Shown: piece after piece, positions 29,807-43,304 of the stretch
How the letters are laid out: each line of letters opens with the position of its first letter
Position numbering within the stretch: the first letter of the stretch is position 1
Origin: the human T2T-CHM13v2.0 reference genome, Homo sapiens
Assembly (NCBI RefSeq): GCF_009914755.1
Contig: NC_060942.1
DNA length: 64,000 nucleotides
Strand: one strand, 5' to 3'
Made by a program: the position numbers and the translations under genes
The notes under the pieces: generated by a model
Database searches by the model: none
Told to the model about the DNA's origin: nothing
The model's input: only the letters and a program-made list of their open reading frames with translations

Positions 29807-32679
29807 AGACATGTAGGCTGAGGGACCAGCTACCATCTGTGCCAGAAAGAAAAGAGCTCTGAAAGTCTCACATCAGCAATCAAATGTCCCAGCCCAGAAG
29901 TGACCCGCGTGACTTCCACTCAGAGCTCATTGTTCCGAACTGTCTCGCTGTCACACCCAAGCTAAGGGGTATAATCTTATCATGAAAGTATACCAGAAAG
30001 TATAATCTCACCATGTCCCCAGAAAGCTGAAAACTAATGACTATCCCAGATTTTTAAGTTGATATGCAAGAGCTTCCAAATAATTACTATGATAAACACA
30101 AAATATAAAGGAAAAAAACCTAAGTAAACTTCATTACATATTCTCTCTTCTCTTCTCTTTTTTCCTTTTCTCCTCCTCCTTTCTTTCTCTCTCTGTCTCT
30201 CCCTCCCTCCCTCCTATTGTCATTCCTGATAACGTAGAACCAGAAGACACTATGACTATGTATATAGTGGAAGCCTTTGCCTTCCTAGTTAACTGAGGTT
30301 CATTTTACCTTATTTAAATATTCTTCCCACTGTCAGCTGGCACTGCCTTCCATCATTCATGGGTAGAGAAAATGGGAAGTGAATGTCACTACTGACAGCA
30401 GAATCTCATGTTCAAAGTGTAGTGGAAGTTCTCATGGTTGCTGTATGACATTAAAAAAAATCAGGAATTTAAAAGATATATTGTCAGACATGACAAGATA
30501 CCCCTACCTCCTGTCTTTTGTCTCTATCTTTCATTCTACAAAGTACTACAAAATTAATCTTGTTAAAGTACCGATCTAATCATGTCATAATATCTTTCAA
30601 CCAAGACACATTCCCTGCAGAATAAAGGAATGATTTCTTAGTCTGACATTCAGTGTCCCCCACAAAGTGGAGCTTAATTCATTTATCCAGCCCATCCTTC
30701 CACCATGTGCCTGTTAACATTTCCAGTTCATAATGACAGACTGCCTCCAAATGTGGCTGGATTTTTTCTGTATTCATGGCTTTATTTGTGTAATTCTCTT
30801 TGCCCAAAAGGCTTGTCTTCCTTGTCTCCAAGTTCATACCAATTCCAGCAGACTCAAATAGTAGTTTACTACCCCCTCAAACCTCCTCAATATCTCTAGA
30901 AAAAAAAAATCACCTCTGTCTTCCATGACTCCCACAAAACTATCTACATTTACAACTATAGCACAAGGGGGAAAATATCAAACCATAGAATGTTTATGAA
31001 CTTTTGTTATGTACATTACTCAAAGTAGCTCCAGAATTTTTTTATAGGAGAAGGTTAGGGAAGTGATGAAGGGCCACTTGCAGTTCAAGAAAAACACCCT
31101 AAATTTGCCTTTGCCATGACAAAAGTACCTATGCTTTGGTTATTTGGAGAAACTTGGTGGGAAAATAGTATAGAGAAAAAGGCTAAAGCCACTCCAAGTT
31201 CCCCCTTGTGGCATCACTTCCTCTACTAGAATGAGAGAAAGGGCTTTGCTTTACTTTTTAAGTTTTCAAGTAAGAGTTATTCAAATATACATAAACACAT
31301 GGAGAAGAGTTATCATAATGTATACTAATGTTATAATAATGTTTAGTCCATTTGTCATAAGAAACATTGCTACAACTGCTCCAAAGAGAATAGAAAAATA
31401 TCTGCGTGCCCTCTTTAGTGTCTCTTTTCTTGGGATTCCTTTCTATGGATGACCTCTTGCCTCTTGGCCAAGTTGGATTGCTTCTTGCCACAGTGGTGAT
31501 ACAAGATGCTCCCAGCTCGTACTGAGGGGCCTATCACATGCTTCAATATTTGGAAGGCTTTCTGATTGGCCAACTGCCATCCAGGCCTTAAGAAAATATT
31601 CCCTTTGTGGCAGTGCCCTTTCTTTTGGGTTTGTGTTTCTCTGATTTTGTTCACATTGAAGAGGTTTGATCTCCTGGGCCAAGAACAGGATCCTTGCCTA
31701 AGGGACCGGTTCCTAAAGCTAAAGGGACTAAAATGATCTCTGATATATGTAATGTAGTCCATCACCATGATTAGGGAGTATTCAAGAGAATTGTTGATCA
31801 AATACCTATAATACTGAAAAGTGAGCCATTGCCCAAAGTGTTGTCTCTGCACAACTCTCAGATCATAGCAGGGATGACTTCTGGTTGGATATTCAAAGAT
31901 TTATAATCCCAGACATTTCTATCATATTCCTGCCTTCGTTTAGTGTGCTTACAATACATATTTTTCAATATTTGCTAGATGTCCATAAAAAATACTACTG
32001 ACAGTGTTCAGTCTGAGTTTGTGAGAGGAAAAAAAAAAACTCAACCTAGTCTGACAAAAAGTAGAATGAGAATATCGGCTCAGATATTTAGGAAGCACGA
32101 TGAGTTTAACCTGAAGCATGTCAGTCCCAAGAAATAAAATTATGTCATTGGGTCTCTCTCCATTTCTTGACATTTCTGTGTTGGGTCTCCGTTCTTTAAA
32201 GCAGCACCTCTTTACTTTGTAAAAAAGATGCCTAGATGGCTACCCACAATTCCAAGTATATATCCTGTTCTCCCGGCAACTCTAGAAAGAGAGATGTTTT
32301 TTCCTCAGTGGGACTAGCAGAGAAATCTAGAGAGTATTTTGATTGGCCTAGTTTGGTCATGTAAACGGTCATTTTCTTCTCAGGGTGGACTCCAATTAAC
32401 CAAGCCTTGACATGCCTTGATGGTCATGTGACTATGCTGGGAGTAGGAGTTGGGTGAGTCCGGAATGAATAACCATTAGGAAAGAGGAATTCTGTCATCA
32501 AAAAAAAATGGGGAAAGGATTTGAGGCAAGAAAAAAAATGACAATTGTACAAAGTAGGTATATGTTAACATACATATACAGACATACACTTTTCATTTAT
32601 CTTGTGCTTGTATTGGATTTTTGTCTTGTTTTTCTAGTTATTTTACCATTATTTATCTGGCCTTAGACAGTTACCCAGA

Positions 32680-33320
32680 GTTTATCAAACTGAAGAGTCT
32701 GAGAAAACAGTCCTCACAAGAATGCCTTCACTTCTGACACCAATTATAAGTTTGGTGGGGTGGGGAGGGGGTGGTGTTTAGTAATCCACTAGAACTTATA
32801 AACATCACTGAAATCTGTTATCCTCATGGTTACAGTTTATTACAAGGAAATAGTTTTAAAACAGCCAAGGGAAGAGACACACAAGGCAGATAGTCCAGGA
32901 GGAGTCCTATTACCAGAAATCCCAGTTGTCCTCTCCTCTGGAACCAGAAACAGTGCTACCTCCTCCTGGCCATGATGTGACAATGTACATGGGATATGGC
33001 CAACCAGGGAAGCTCACTGGAGCCTTTGCTGACCATAGGCTTTATTGGGCTAATCCCATACTCCCCAAATGACAGACAAGTACTCAGTCCTTCCAGAGGT
33101 TGGAACTTAGTCTCCAGTTCCTCCAGAGATGGGAATTGATACACCCTGCCTCAAAGCCCCATCATAAATCACACTGTTAATCTGTCCAGTGAACAAAGCC
33201 CTTAGGCAAAAAAAGATACTCCCATCAGACAGGATATTTGAGGAACCCAGGGATCACCTCTCAGTAGCTGAGGACAAAAGCCAGACCTCTCTCTGGGTAA
33301 GGTTAATTCTTCACTACACA
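32680..33320 (-). mobile_element. MER21C-like LTR
   Basis: cacttctgacaccaa...catggttacagtttattac...ggttaattcttcactacaca. Confidence 0.75.
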
Positions 33321-33840
33321 ACAGAATTTTAAGTGTCAAATCCAGGCAATGCCAATTCACTTTAGTGAAATAGCTATTCCATTTATTTTCTTAAATTACT
33401 AATGAAAAATAATATTTTAACAACTTCTCTACACAGGTCCCTAGTTATATGATGAATATTTCTTGCTTTACTTCAGTTTCACTGGTGTGTAAATAATTAA
33501 TGAGGCACAGCTCACAGATTGATGTTCATATTTATTAGTTTTTGTTCTTTTGCTACACATGCCCTGTGTAATCTTTGATAATCACTCAAGTTATTGAAAA
33601 AGGGTTTGCAGAGCCTTGATATTATTTGCTTATTAATCTGTGACAAACCATAAAATTGAATATTTTCACCATGACTACCTCATGGAATTTGCTCACTTTG
33701 TCTCTGATTTAAGTAGCAATGCACAATGCCAACAGCTTTTAAAAGTGTCTTTTTTGGGGAACAGAACTATATGAATATCATCTTTTTTTTCATTGGAGAT
33801 ATACAAAAGGAACTGAAATGTTCTTTAAAAATACAATCAC

Positions 33841-34252
33841 TGATATGGTTTGGATCTGTGTCCCCACCAAATCTCATGTTGAATTGTAAGACGCAGTGTC
33901 GCAGATGAGGCCTGGTGGGAATTGTTTGGGTCAAGGGGGCAGATTCCTCATGGCTTGGTGCTGTCTTTGCTAATGTGAGTGAGTTCTCCCAAGATCTGGT
34001 TATTTAAAAGTGTGGCATCTCTACCCGCCTACTTTCTCTCTTGCTCCTGCTTTCGCCATGTGATGTGCCTTCTCCCACTTCACCATCTGTCATGAGTGAA
34101 TCTCTCTGAGACCTCTCCAGAAGCCAAGCAGGTGCCCACTGTCATGCTTCCTGTACAATCTGCAGAACCATGAGCCAATTAAACCTATTTTCTTTATAAA
34201 TTACCCAGTCTCAGCTATTTCTTTATAGCAATGCAAGAATGGCCTAATAACA
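33841..34252 (+). mobile_element. MSTA-type solo LTR
   Basis: tgatatggtttggatctgtgtccccacc...gcaatgcaagaatggcctaataaca. Confidence 0.9.
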
Positions 34253-34647
34253 TTCTTTAGCTTTGACTTGAGGAATTGTGTCTCATGCCTATTCAGTATA
34301 GTCCTGCTGATAAGAGATGCCAAATATTTGAAACTGGCCAGCAAAAAATCTTCTTGAGACAACATGCTGAGGGTTCAAACTACATCTCTAAGTGATGATA
34401 AACTTGCACTAAAATTAAGAATTTGGCAGTGGCTTCAGCATGTACATCCTCAGTTTGATCGAATCTGGCTGTATTTTTGGCTACTATAAATGTATGCTCC
34501 CAAGAGTTTTCATGCTTCTTTTATTTTCTCATAGTAGTAAATATCCAACTTGTGTGCCACCTCTTCATGAAGCATCCTCCTGGACAATGCTTTTTTAGAA
34601 TTGAGCACATGCAAATGAAGAATTAGGAAGATGTTGGTGAAGAAATA

Positions 34648-35158
34648 ATCCTTTCCTGCCTCTCTCCTAGCTCTCTGTGGCTGTCAATATTCCTTGGCCT
34701 GTAGATTCATCTCTCTACTATCTGCCCCTGTCAACACATTCTCCCTATGTGCCTCCCTGTGTAGCTCTGTCTTCACATGGCTGTCTTATAATGACACCTG
34801 TCATTTATTCTCACTTCTGGAGGACAGGTGTCTGAAATCAAGGTTTCAGCAGAGCCAGTCTCCCCCAAGAGACTTTGAGAAGGATTCTCCCAAGAATTAT
34901 TTCTTGCCTTTCCAATTTCTGGAGGCTCCAGGCTCTCCTTGGCTCATAGTGGCATAACTCTCATCTCTGCCTACATCCTCACCTGGTCTCTCTCTTATGT
35001 CTTTCCCTCTTATTTTATAAGGAAACTCACTATTATATTTGGGGCCTACCCTATAATCTTATCTTTGGATCCTTAATTTAATTATAACTGCAATCAGATC
35101 ATATTTACAAGGTCCAGGTGGACACCTTTTGGGGGGCCACCACTGAGTCCACTACAAC
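34648..35158 (-). mobile_element. Two abutting MLT1B/C LTR pieces
   Basis: 34648-34806 covers the LTR middle; the sequence then restarts at tattctcacttctggagg and runs to ctacaaca. Confidence 0.65.
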
Positions 35159-36080
35159 AACAACAAAAAACTAGTATCCAGAAAACATTATGAAATTACA
35201 TAAATTAGCAAGATGAAGACAAAAACATCATTAAAAATCAGCCCCCTCACCCCCAGAAAGAAAGCAAAGCAACCTTTAAACATATAGTTTACAGAAGGCA
35301 TTTCACACAACCCATACAAATATTGAAAGAAGCTCAACCTCATTAGCAGTTTCCCTATAACAACTTTTCACAGTCTATGGTGAGTGACTCCTTGTTAGCC
35401 TGATTCTCCTCTAGACTGTAAGTTTCTCACCTGTCATTTTCACACTTGCATCACCTCCACCTGGTACATAGTCTGGACATCATTATGTTGTCCATTGGAT
35501 AATCAGATTATTTGATCAGATAATCGCCTACCCTCCCAGTAGTTTTGATGATAAAAGGAAAGCGAATAATAGGTAAACTCAGGAAGAAACTTGCAGCTGC
35601 TAGTATCTGAGCATCTGACAAGATAAGCATGAGGGTTGGCAGGAAGGGGAGACTTATTGGAGTGGAGAAGATATAGGGTGCAATGATAAAATCCATTATG
35701 TACCATTTTTCTGTGGTTACCTTGACTCACAGGCCAATATTCTCCACACATAGTGCAGCCGCCCAAGTGTGGAGCGGAGAAAACGTTTTCTCTCCCAGTG
35801 TTCCAAATCTGTCCTTCCTTGTCTGAAACTCTCCCACTTTGTGACAGCAATCCTCCGCTGCCCCTGATGCTTTAGGTCTACACACAACTCGGAGTCAGAC
35901 AACTTGGGTTCATGTCTTGGTTCTGCAACCGGCTAAAAGCCAACATGTGCAAATCACTATAAAAATGAAGGCTACATGGGATAATCTCTAAGGTTACCCA
36001 CAATTCTGACATTCTACATAGATGCTTACCTATCCCCTCAAACGTGAAGGCCTGGGAAACATGTGTCTGAAGTTCCAAAA

Positions 36081-36100
36081 GTCACCAGCAGATGGCCCAC
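36081..36100 (+). promoter_or_regulatory. Candidate CTCF site
   Basis: gtcaCCAGCAGATGGCccac matches the CCAGCAGRKGGC core; binding not shown. Confidence 0.45.
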
Positions 36101-36129
36101 ATTCTCAGTTTTGGCTTAGATCCAAATAA

Positions 36130-36133
<4 letters not shown>

Positions 36134-36213
<80 letters not shown>
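36134..36213. repeat. Compound (GA)n(GT)n microsatellite
   Basis: direct reading. Confidence 0.97.
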
Positions 36214-36215
<2 letters not shown>

Positions 36216-36256
36216 CAGTTTCAGATTCAAGTAATGACATTTGACATTCAGAATTA

Positions 36257-36677
<421 letters not shown>

Positions 36678-37145
36678 TCAGTGTTTAAGTCAGGATTTGA
36701 AACTAATATTCTAACATATTAGAGAGTTTCTTTAGCACCTCCAATATACTATAACCCTCCTCTTAGACAACATTTAAATAAATATCACATATTAAAAACC
36801 ATAACTTATGTGACTTACTTTTAATAGACATTTAAAATAGAAACAATTGCCCTTTTAAAGCTAATTCTCATTACACTATGTAACATTTTTTCATCCATAT
36901 GTTATCTTGGTATTACCCTACCTGCTGCCTCACCACCATCTCCACCATACACACTGCTTAAATATAAAGGGAAAGGAACTATACAAGAGTGACTTAACAG
37001 ATTAGTGCTGATACTCTTCTGTCTCTTCTTTAGAAGTTTCTTGTAGTCTACACCAGAATGTCATTGATATAGTATATTAGTATAGAATAGCACTTAAATT
37101 ACCCCAAAGTGGATTTTCTAATAGGTGATGAGATAGAATAAACTT

Positions 37146-39780
37146 GTTTTTTTAAAAAATGCTATTTTTTAGAGTAGTTCATAACGAAATTGAAAGGTTG
37201 GTATGGGGATATCTCATCTATCCCCTACCCTCCTACATGTACAGCTTCCCCCATTATCAACATCCCCAACCAAAGTGCTAGATTTGTTACAATTGATGCA
37301 TCTACACTGACACATCACAATTACCCAAAGTCCATGGTTTACATTAGGGTTTGCTCGTGGTGGTGTACATTCTATGGGTCTGGACAAATGTATAATGACA
37401 TGTATGCACCAGTCTAGCATCATACAGAGTATTTTCACTGCCCTGAAAATCCTCTGTTCTCAGCCTATTCATCTTTCCTTTCCGCCAACCCCTGACAACC
37501 ACTGATCTTTTTACCCTCTCCACAGTTTTTCCAGGACGTCATATAGTTGGAATCATACAGTATCTAGCCTTTTCACGTTGACTTCTTTCACTTAGTAATA
37601 CGCATTATTAAGTTTACTCCATATATTTTTATGGCTTGGTTGCTCATTTCTTTTTAACACTAAATAACATTGATTGGATGTATCACAGTTTATTTATTCA
37701 TTCACGTGCTGAAGGACACCTTGGTTGCTTCCAATTTTTGGCAATTATGAATAAAGCTGCTATAAATATTTATGTGCAGGTTTTTGTGTAGACATGTTTT
37801 CAACTTCTTGGCATAAACACCAAGGAGTATGATTACTGGATCTTTTGGCAAGAGTATGCTAGTTTTGTAAGAAACTGCCAAACTGTTTTCAAAAGTGACT
37901 GTGTCATTTTTCATTTCCACCAGTGACGAATAAGAGTTCTTGATGCTCCACATTCTCGCCAACATTTGATGTTGTCAATGTTTTCAATTTTCCCATTCTA
38001 ATAGGCCATATCTTATTGTTGATTTAATTTGCATTTCCCTGATGACATACGATGTGAAGCATTTTTTCTTATTTTTTTTTGCCATATGTTTATCTTCTTT
38101 GGTGAGGTATTTTTTTTTAACATCTTTGGACCATTTTTTAAGCAGGTTGTTTGTTTTCTTATTGTTGAGTTTTAAGACTACTTAGTATATTTTGGATACA
38201 GTCCCTTATTAGATAGGGTTTTTCAAACATTTTCTCCAAGTCTGTGTATTGTCTTTTCATTCTCTTGACAGTGTCTCTTGCAAAACAGAAAATGTTAATT
38301 TTAATTAAATCTTGCTTACCAATTCTTTCATTCATGGGTTGTGTCTTTGATGTCATATCTATAAGCTATTGCCAAAATCAAGGTCGTCTAGATTTTGTCC
38401 TATGTTATCTCCTGGGATTTTTATAGTTTTGCATTTTACATTTAGGTCTGCAATCAATTTTGAGCTAACTTTTGTGAGGGATTTAAGTTCTGTGTTTACA
38501 TTCTTTTTTTTTGCATATGGATATACTGTTTTTTTCAGCACTATTTGTTGAAAAGACTGTCTTTGCTTCACTGCATCGCCTTTATTTCTTTGTCAAAGAA
38601 CAGTTGACCATATACATGTAACCACTAAGCATGTTAGCTGTAAATTTTATATAGATATCCTTTATCAAGTTGATGAGTTCCCTTTTATTTGAAATATACT
38701 GAAAAATTTTATCATAAATGAGTGTTAGATTTTGTCAAATGCTTTTTTGTGTCTATTGACATGATCACGTGATTTAACTTCTTTAAGCTGTTGATGTGAA
38801 GGGTTATATTAATTAGTTTTCTAATGTTAAACCAGCTTTGCATGCCTGAGATAAATTTTACTCATAGTATATATTGTTTTTATACATTGTTGAATTCTGT
38901 TTGCTAATATTTTGTTGAGGATTTGACATCTATATTCATGAGAGATAGTGGTCTGTAGTGTTATTTTATTGTAACACCTTTGTCTTTGTCTGTTTTGGTA
39001 TCAGGGTAATGCTGGCCTAATATAATGAGTTAGCAAATATTAACTCTGCTTCTATCTTCTCAAAGAGATTATAGAGCACTGATAGATTTTCTTCCTGAAA
39101 TGTCTGGTGGAATTCACCATTGAGTATGTAGGGTCCTGTTGCTTTCCATTTTGAAAGGTTATTAATTATTGATTCAATTTCTTTAATAGATGTAGGCCTA
39201 TTCATATTGCTTATTTCTTCTTCTCTGAGTTTTGTAAGGGGCACACTGCGTCATTCAAGAACTCTTTCCATTTTATCTAGGTTATCAAATTTGTGGGCAT
39301 AGAGTTGCTCATAATATTCCTTTATTATCCATTTAACATCCATGGGATCTGTAGTAATGACCTCTGTTTCATTTTTCATTTGTATACTAGTAATGTGTGT
39401 CTTCTGTCTCCTTTTCCTAGTTAGCCTCACTAGAGTCTTATTGATTTTATTGATATTCAAATAACCAGCTTTGGTTTTATTTATTTTCTCTATTGATTTC
39501 CTATTTTCAATTTGATTGATTTCTGATGTACTATTAATTATTTCCTTTCTTCTGCATACTTTGAATTTAATTTGTTCTTCTTTTTCTAGTTTCATAACAT
39601 GAAAGCTTAAATTATTTATTTTGGGTCTTTCTTCTTTTCTAATATATGTGTTCAATGCTATAAACTTCCCTCTGATCACTGTTTTTGCTACATCCCACAA
39701 TTTTTGATAAGTTATACTTTCACTTGTATTAGTTAAAAATATTTTTAACTAATGAAATATTTTAAAATTTCTCTTGACAC
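37146..39780 (-). mobile_element. L1MC1-like element with an internal deletion near 38620
   Basis: L1MC-type 3'UTR at 37150-37450; ORF2 remnants in the ORF track (MWDVAKTVIRGKFIALNTYIRKEE; GPYILNGEFHQTF). Confidence 0.85.
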
Positions 39781-40274
39781 AAACCTTGGTCCTGGTCCTT
39801 TACCATTTTGGAGTCACAGATTAGATTCTTAAGAATCTGACAAACCCACAGAATTCAATAATGTTTAAACAAGGCCACAGCAACAACAAGACCACAGCAG
39901 CAACAACACAATTAATGTAGTCTCAGGGGGTTCATCGGTCATAGGTTTAAACATCATGCTCTAGAGTTTATTGGCCATTAAACACTTCCTTATAAGTCTG
40001 AGATAACATACTTTTACCGGAGTATATTATGGACAAAAATATGGACTGTCTGGGTATTTAGAAACCTTCTTTGCACCATTTTATTGTGGTTATTACATTG
40101 CTCTCCCTTCTTTAATTCTTAGATCTTGTAGAGGTCCTTTTAAGTTGAACCTAGTAACTCCTATTTTCCTCAACAAAAATCAAAGGCCACATTTGTTGGA
40201 ATCACTGCCATCTGTACAAATATGCTCCAACGGAAGTGGAACCCAAAGGGAAAAGAAAAAGAAAGAGACATTTT

Positions 40275-40595
<321 letters not shown>

Positions 40596-43123
40596 GAAAG
40601 AGACATTTTAAAACTCCAACATATACTAACTAACTAAATCTACGTCAACATCGTAACATTGGAGCACTGATAAAGTTGAAAAACCACTAGCTTCTAAGTC
40701 TTCCTTATTTTGAGACCTGCCCTATTCTTTGCTTATAATAACAGACGGCCTGTTTACTTACAACAACAAGAATAATAAAATAAATTCATAATGTTGATCT
40801 GAAGAGCACCCTGTCTGAAAGGTGAATTCCTCCTGGAGCGCCATATTTTTGTTTTTCACATTTTAGACTGCATCAATTCCATATTGAGAAAAATATATTG
40901 GAATTCTCTTATTTATCTTGTATTGTAAGTTGAAGATAACAGAAGCCTAAAAATATTTATCAACCAGGTAACTTTTTAAAAGTCCTAATGCTAAGGATGA
41001 AGTTTTGGGTTGCTTTATTCAGTGACTATATATAAAATGTATACTCAGGTCTTATTTCACTTAGAGAAAGTTTGTAATATTGAAAAGAATATCTAAGGAC
41101 AAAGATATACCTATGTAAAACTTCTCAGTTCAATTGCCCCACATGCTTAAAAAAATAGAAGATTAAGTTGCTAGGTTTTTATTGAATAAAAAATGCATTT
41201 TTCTTTCTTCATCTTCTTCCACTAAAAACAGGATTTCTCTAAGCAATGGTTATCATAATATGGGTGAACACATCTGTGCTTCATAGCTTATGACACCCCA
41301 GAGTGTGTTTATCTCCGCTCTGCTTTTATGGCTCATTGCACTCCAGGGTGCAGCAAGCTCTTAATGGCTCCAGAAAGCACTGCCAGTAATTTTTTGCCAC
41401 TTAAGACAGTTACTATCACAGGTGATGATTACAAGTTGGATAGTATTTTGTTCTTTCTCTACATTGCTTACCCCAGATCATTTAATAATTGTATGTAGTA
41501 TCTCAGTCTTAGGAGATGTACTTTCTGACCGGAATGATGATGATTTTTATAAAAGTGAATATGCCTAAATGTTCATAATTCACATTCAAATTTCATCATT
41601 CGCTAAATGCAGGTCAGGTACCAAGAGCTAATGACAAAGTCATGAAAAGCAATACTTCTTTCAAGATCTCAGTGGAAATGACAAAGTTGCATAATATGTA
41701 AAACAACCAAAAAGCTTTCTTAAAATAAAAACATCCACTCAAATTAGTATTTGAGATTGACACCAAGACAGATTACTTCTTTCGTGTCTTAATTTTATTG
41801 ATAACTCTGTAAGAGAACTTTAATGGACCACCTTGTGAGAATCTGTTATATAAAATTATATTTTACTGTGTTGTAGACTTAAGCAGGTATAATTATTATC
41901 TAGGCAGTAGTTCTAATTTAACAGTAATGGAGCAGTTGTCTAATATAATAGCATCTTATATAATAGAAAGAGTAATTATATATGATATTAATTTAGGTTG
42001 GATCATCAAATTCTTTCTGTGAAAATGCTGGTGTTTCTAAGGCACTAGAGATAACCAACTTGAAAGCTTGAAACCTTAGTAATTCAATCTTCAAGTTTTT
42101 TTTTTAAGTTTTTCTGACTTCTAACTTAAAAGATATCCAACTCTTCCAGAATCTCTGTTTCTTCTTCTAGAGTAATTAAGTTTTTAAGACTTTACATTAT
42201 TTAAGCTAAAAAATATTTATTTCAACAAATGTGCAGCCTGCATGTTTGCTACCATTTATAAGCATATATTGATGAATAATAAAGATAAATTCAATTATAA
42301 TGGGAATATTTTGAACATATTAAAACCTTGAAACTTAAACAGCTATGAAGCCCAAATGCTTAGTTTTTCTGTCACGTTCTTATTTCTCATAGTACATACT
42401 TTAGGAATGTGAACAGCTCCAATAATGGTGTATTTCCAATATCATAGGCAGGATTAACAGAGTCAACTCATTGGTCAGGTAAGAGCTGATTACAGTAAAG
42501 AGTCCATCAAAACCCAGAGCACTGTTATACTTTTCTAATTCACTATAGCACAAAGTATAGTACTGGACATGTATTCATAGTAAATATGTAATTATTAGTC
42601 TGATTGGTGTAGGGATTAGTTGAATAATGGCAACTGGTTGAGAAGATGTTAGCAAATAAATGCATATCTACAAATGAAGAATAAATTTTACTATTTTAAA
42701 TCATTATATTCAGAAGGCTGGGAGGAAAAAGTGTCCTTGGAATCTATGCCATCTCTAGAGGTTTATATGACAAAGAAGTAAAAGTAGCAACATAAGGAAA
42801 TAGTGAGCAGTCAGAGAGCACAGTGTTATTAACTCACATTTAGAAATAATTTTATGGAAGGATCCCAGAATAATAATATATATTTTCATATTGACCAACC
42901 TATGTTCTTTATATAATTCAGAGGTTAAACAAGAATTAAGAATGTGAACATCTTTCCAAAAAGAAAGAAAAAGAGCTTAGTTGCCTATTTCATTGTTGCT
43001 AATCAACTAAAGTAGGAATTTCTTGGCAGCTTTAGAATATTTTACAATCTGAAGGAATGTTGAGGCGGCATATTCAAATCCTTTGCATAGGTGACTATTT
43101 CTCATATTTAATTTTTACGTAGT

Positions 43124-43304
43124 TTAGCCCAGTGTGGTGGCACACACCTGTAGTCTCAGCTACTCAGGAGACTGAGACAGGGGTATTGCTTGAGACTAGG
43201 AGTTTGAGGCTGCAGTGACCTATGATTGCATCACCGCACTTCAGCCTGAGTGACAGAGCAAGACCCCGTCTCTCTCTCAAAATAAATAATAAATAAATAA
43301 ATAA
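43124..43304 (+). mobile_element. AluJ right monomer / FRAM
   Basis: single Alu arm with (AAAT)n tail. Confidence 0.85.

Noticed and set aside
31231-31852. Overlapping ORFs up to 145 aa and a CCAAT-like motif in unique DNA
   Set aside because: No recognisable protein similarity, mostly non-ATG starts and no convincing splice structure
34648-35158. Apparent tandem duplication within an MLT1 LTR
   Set aside because: The overlapping parts are highly diverged and look like two different MLT1 subfamily fragments, not a local copy
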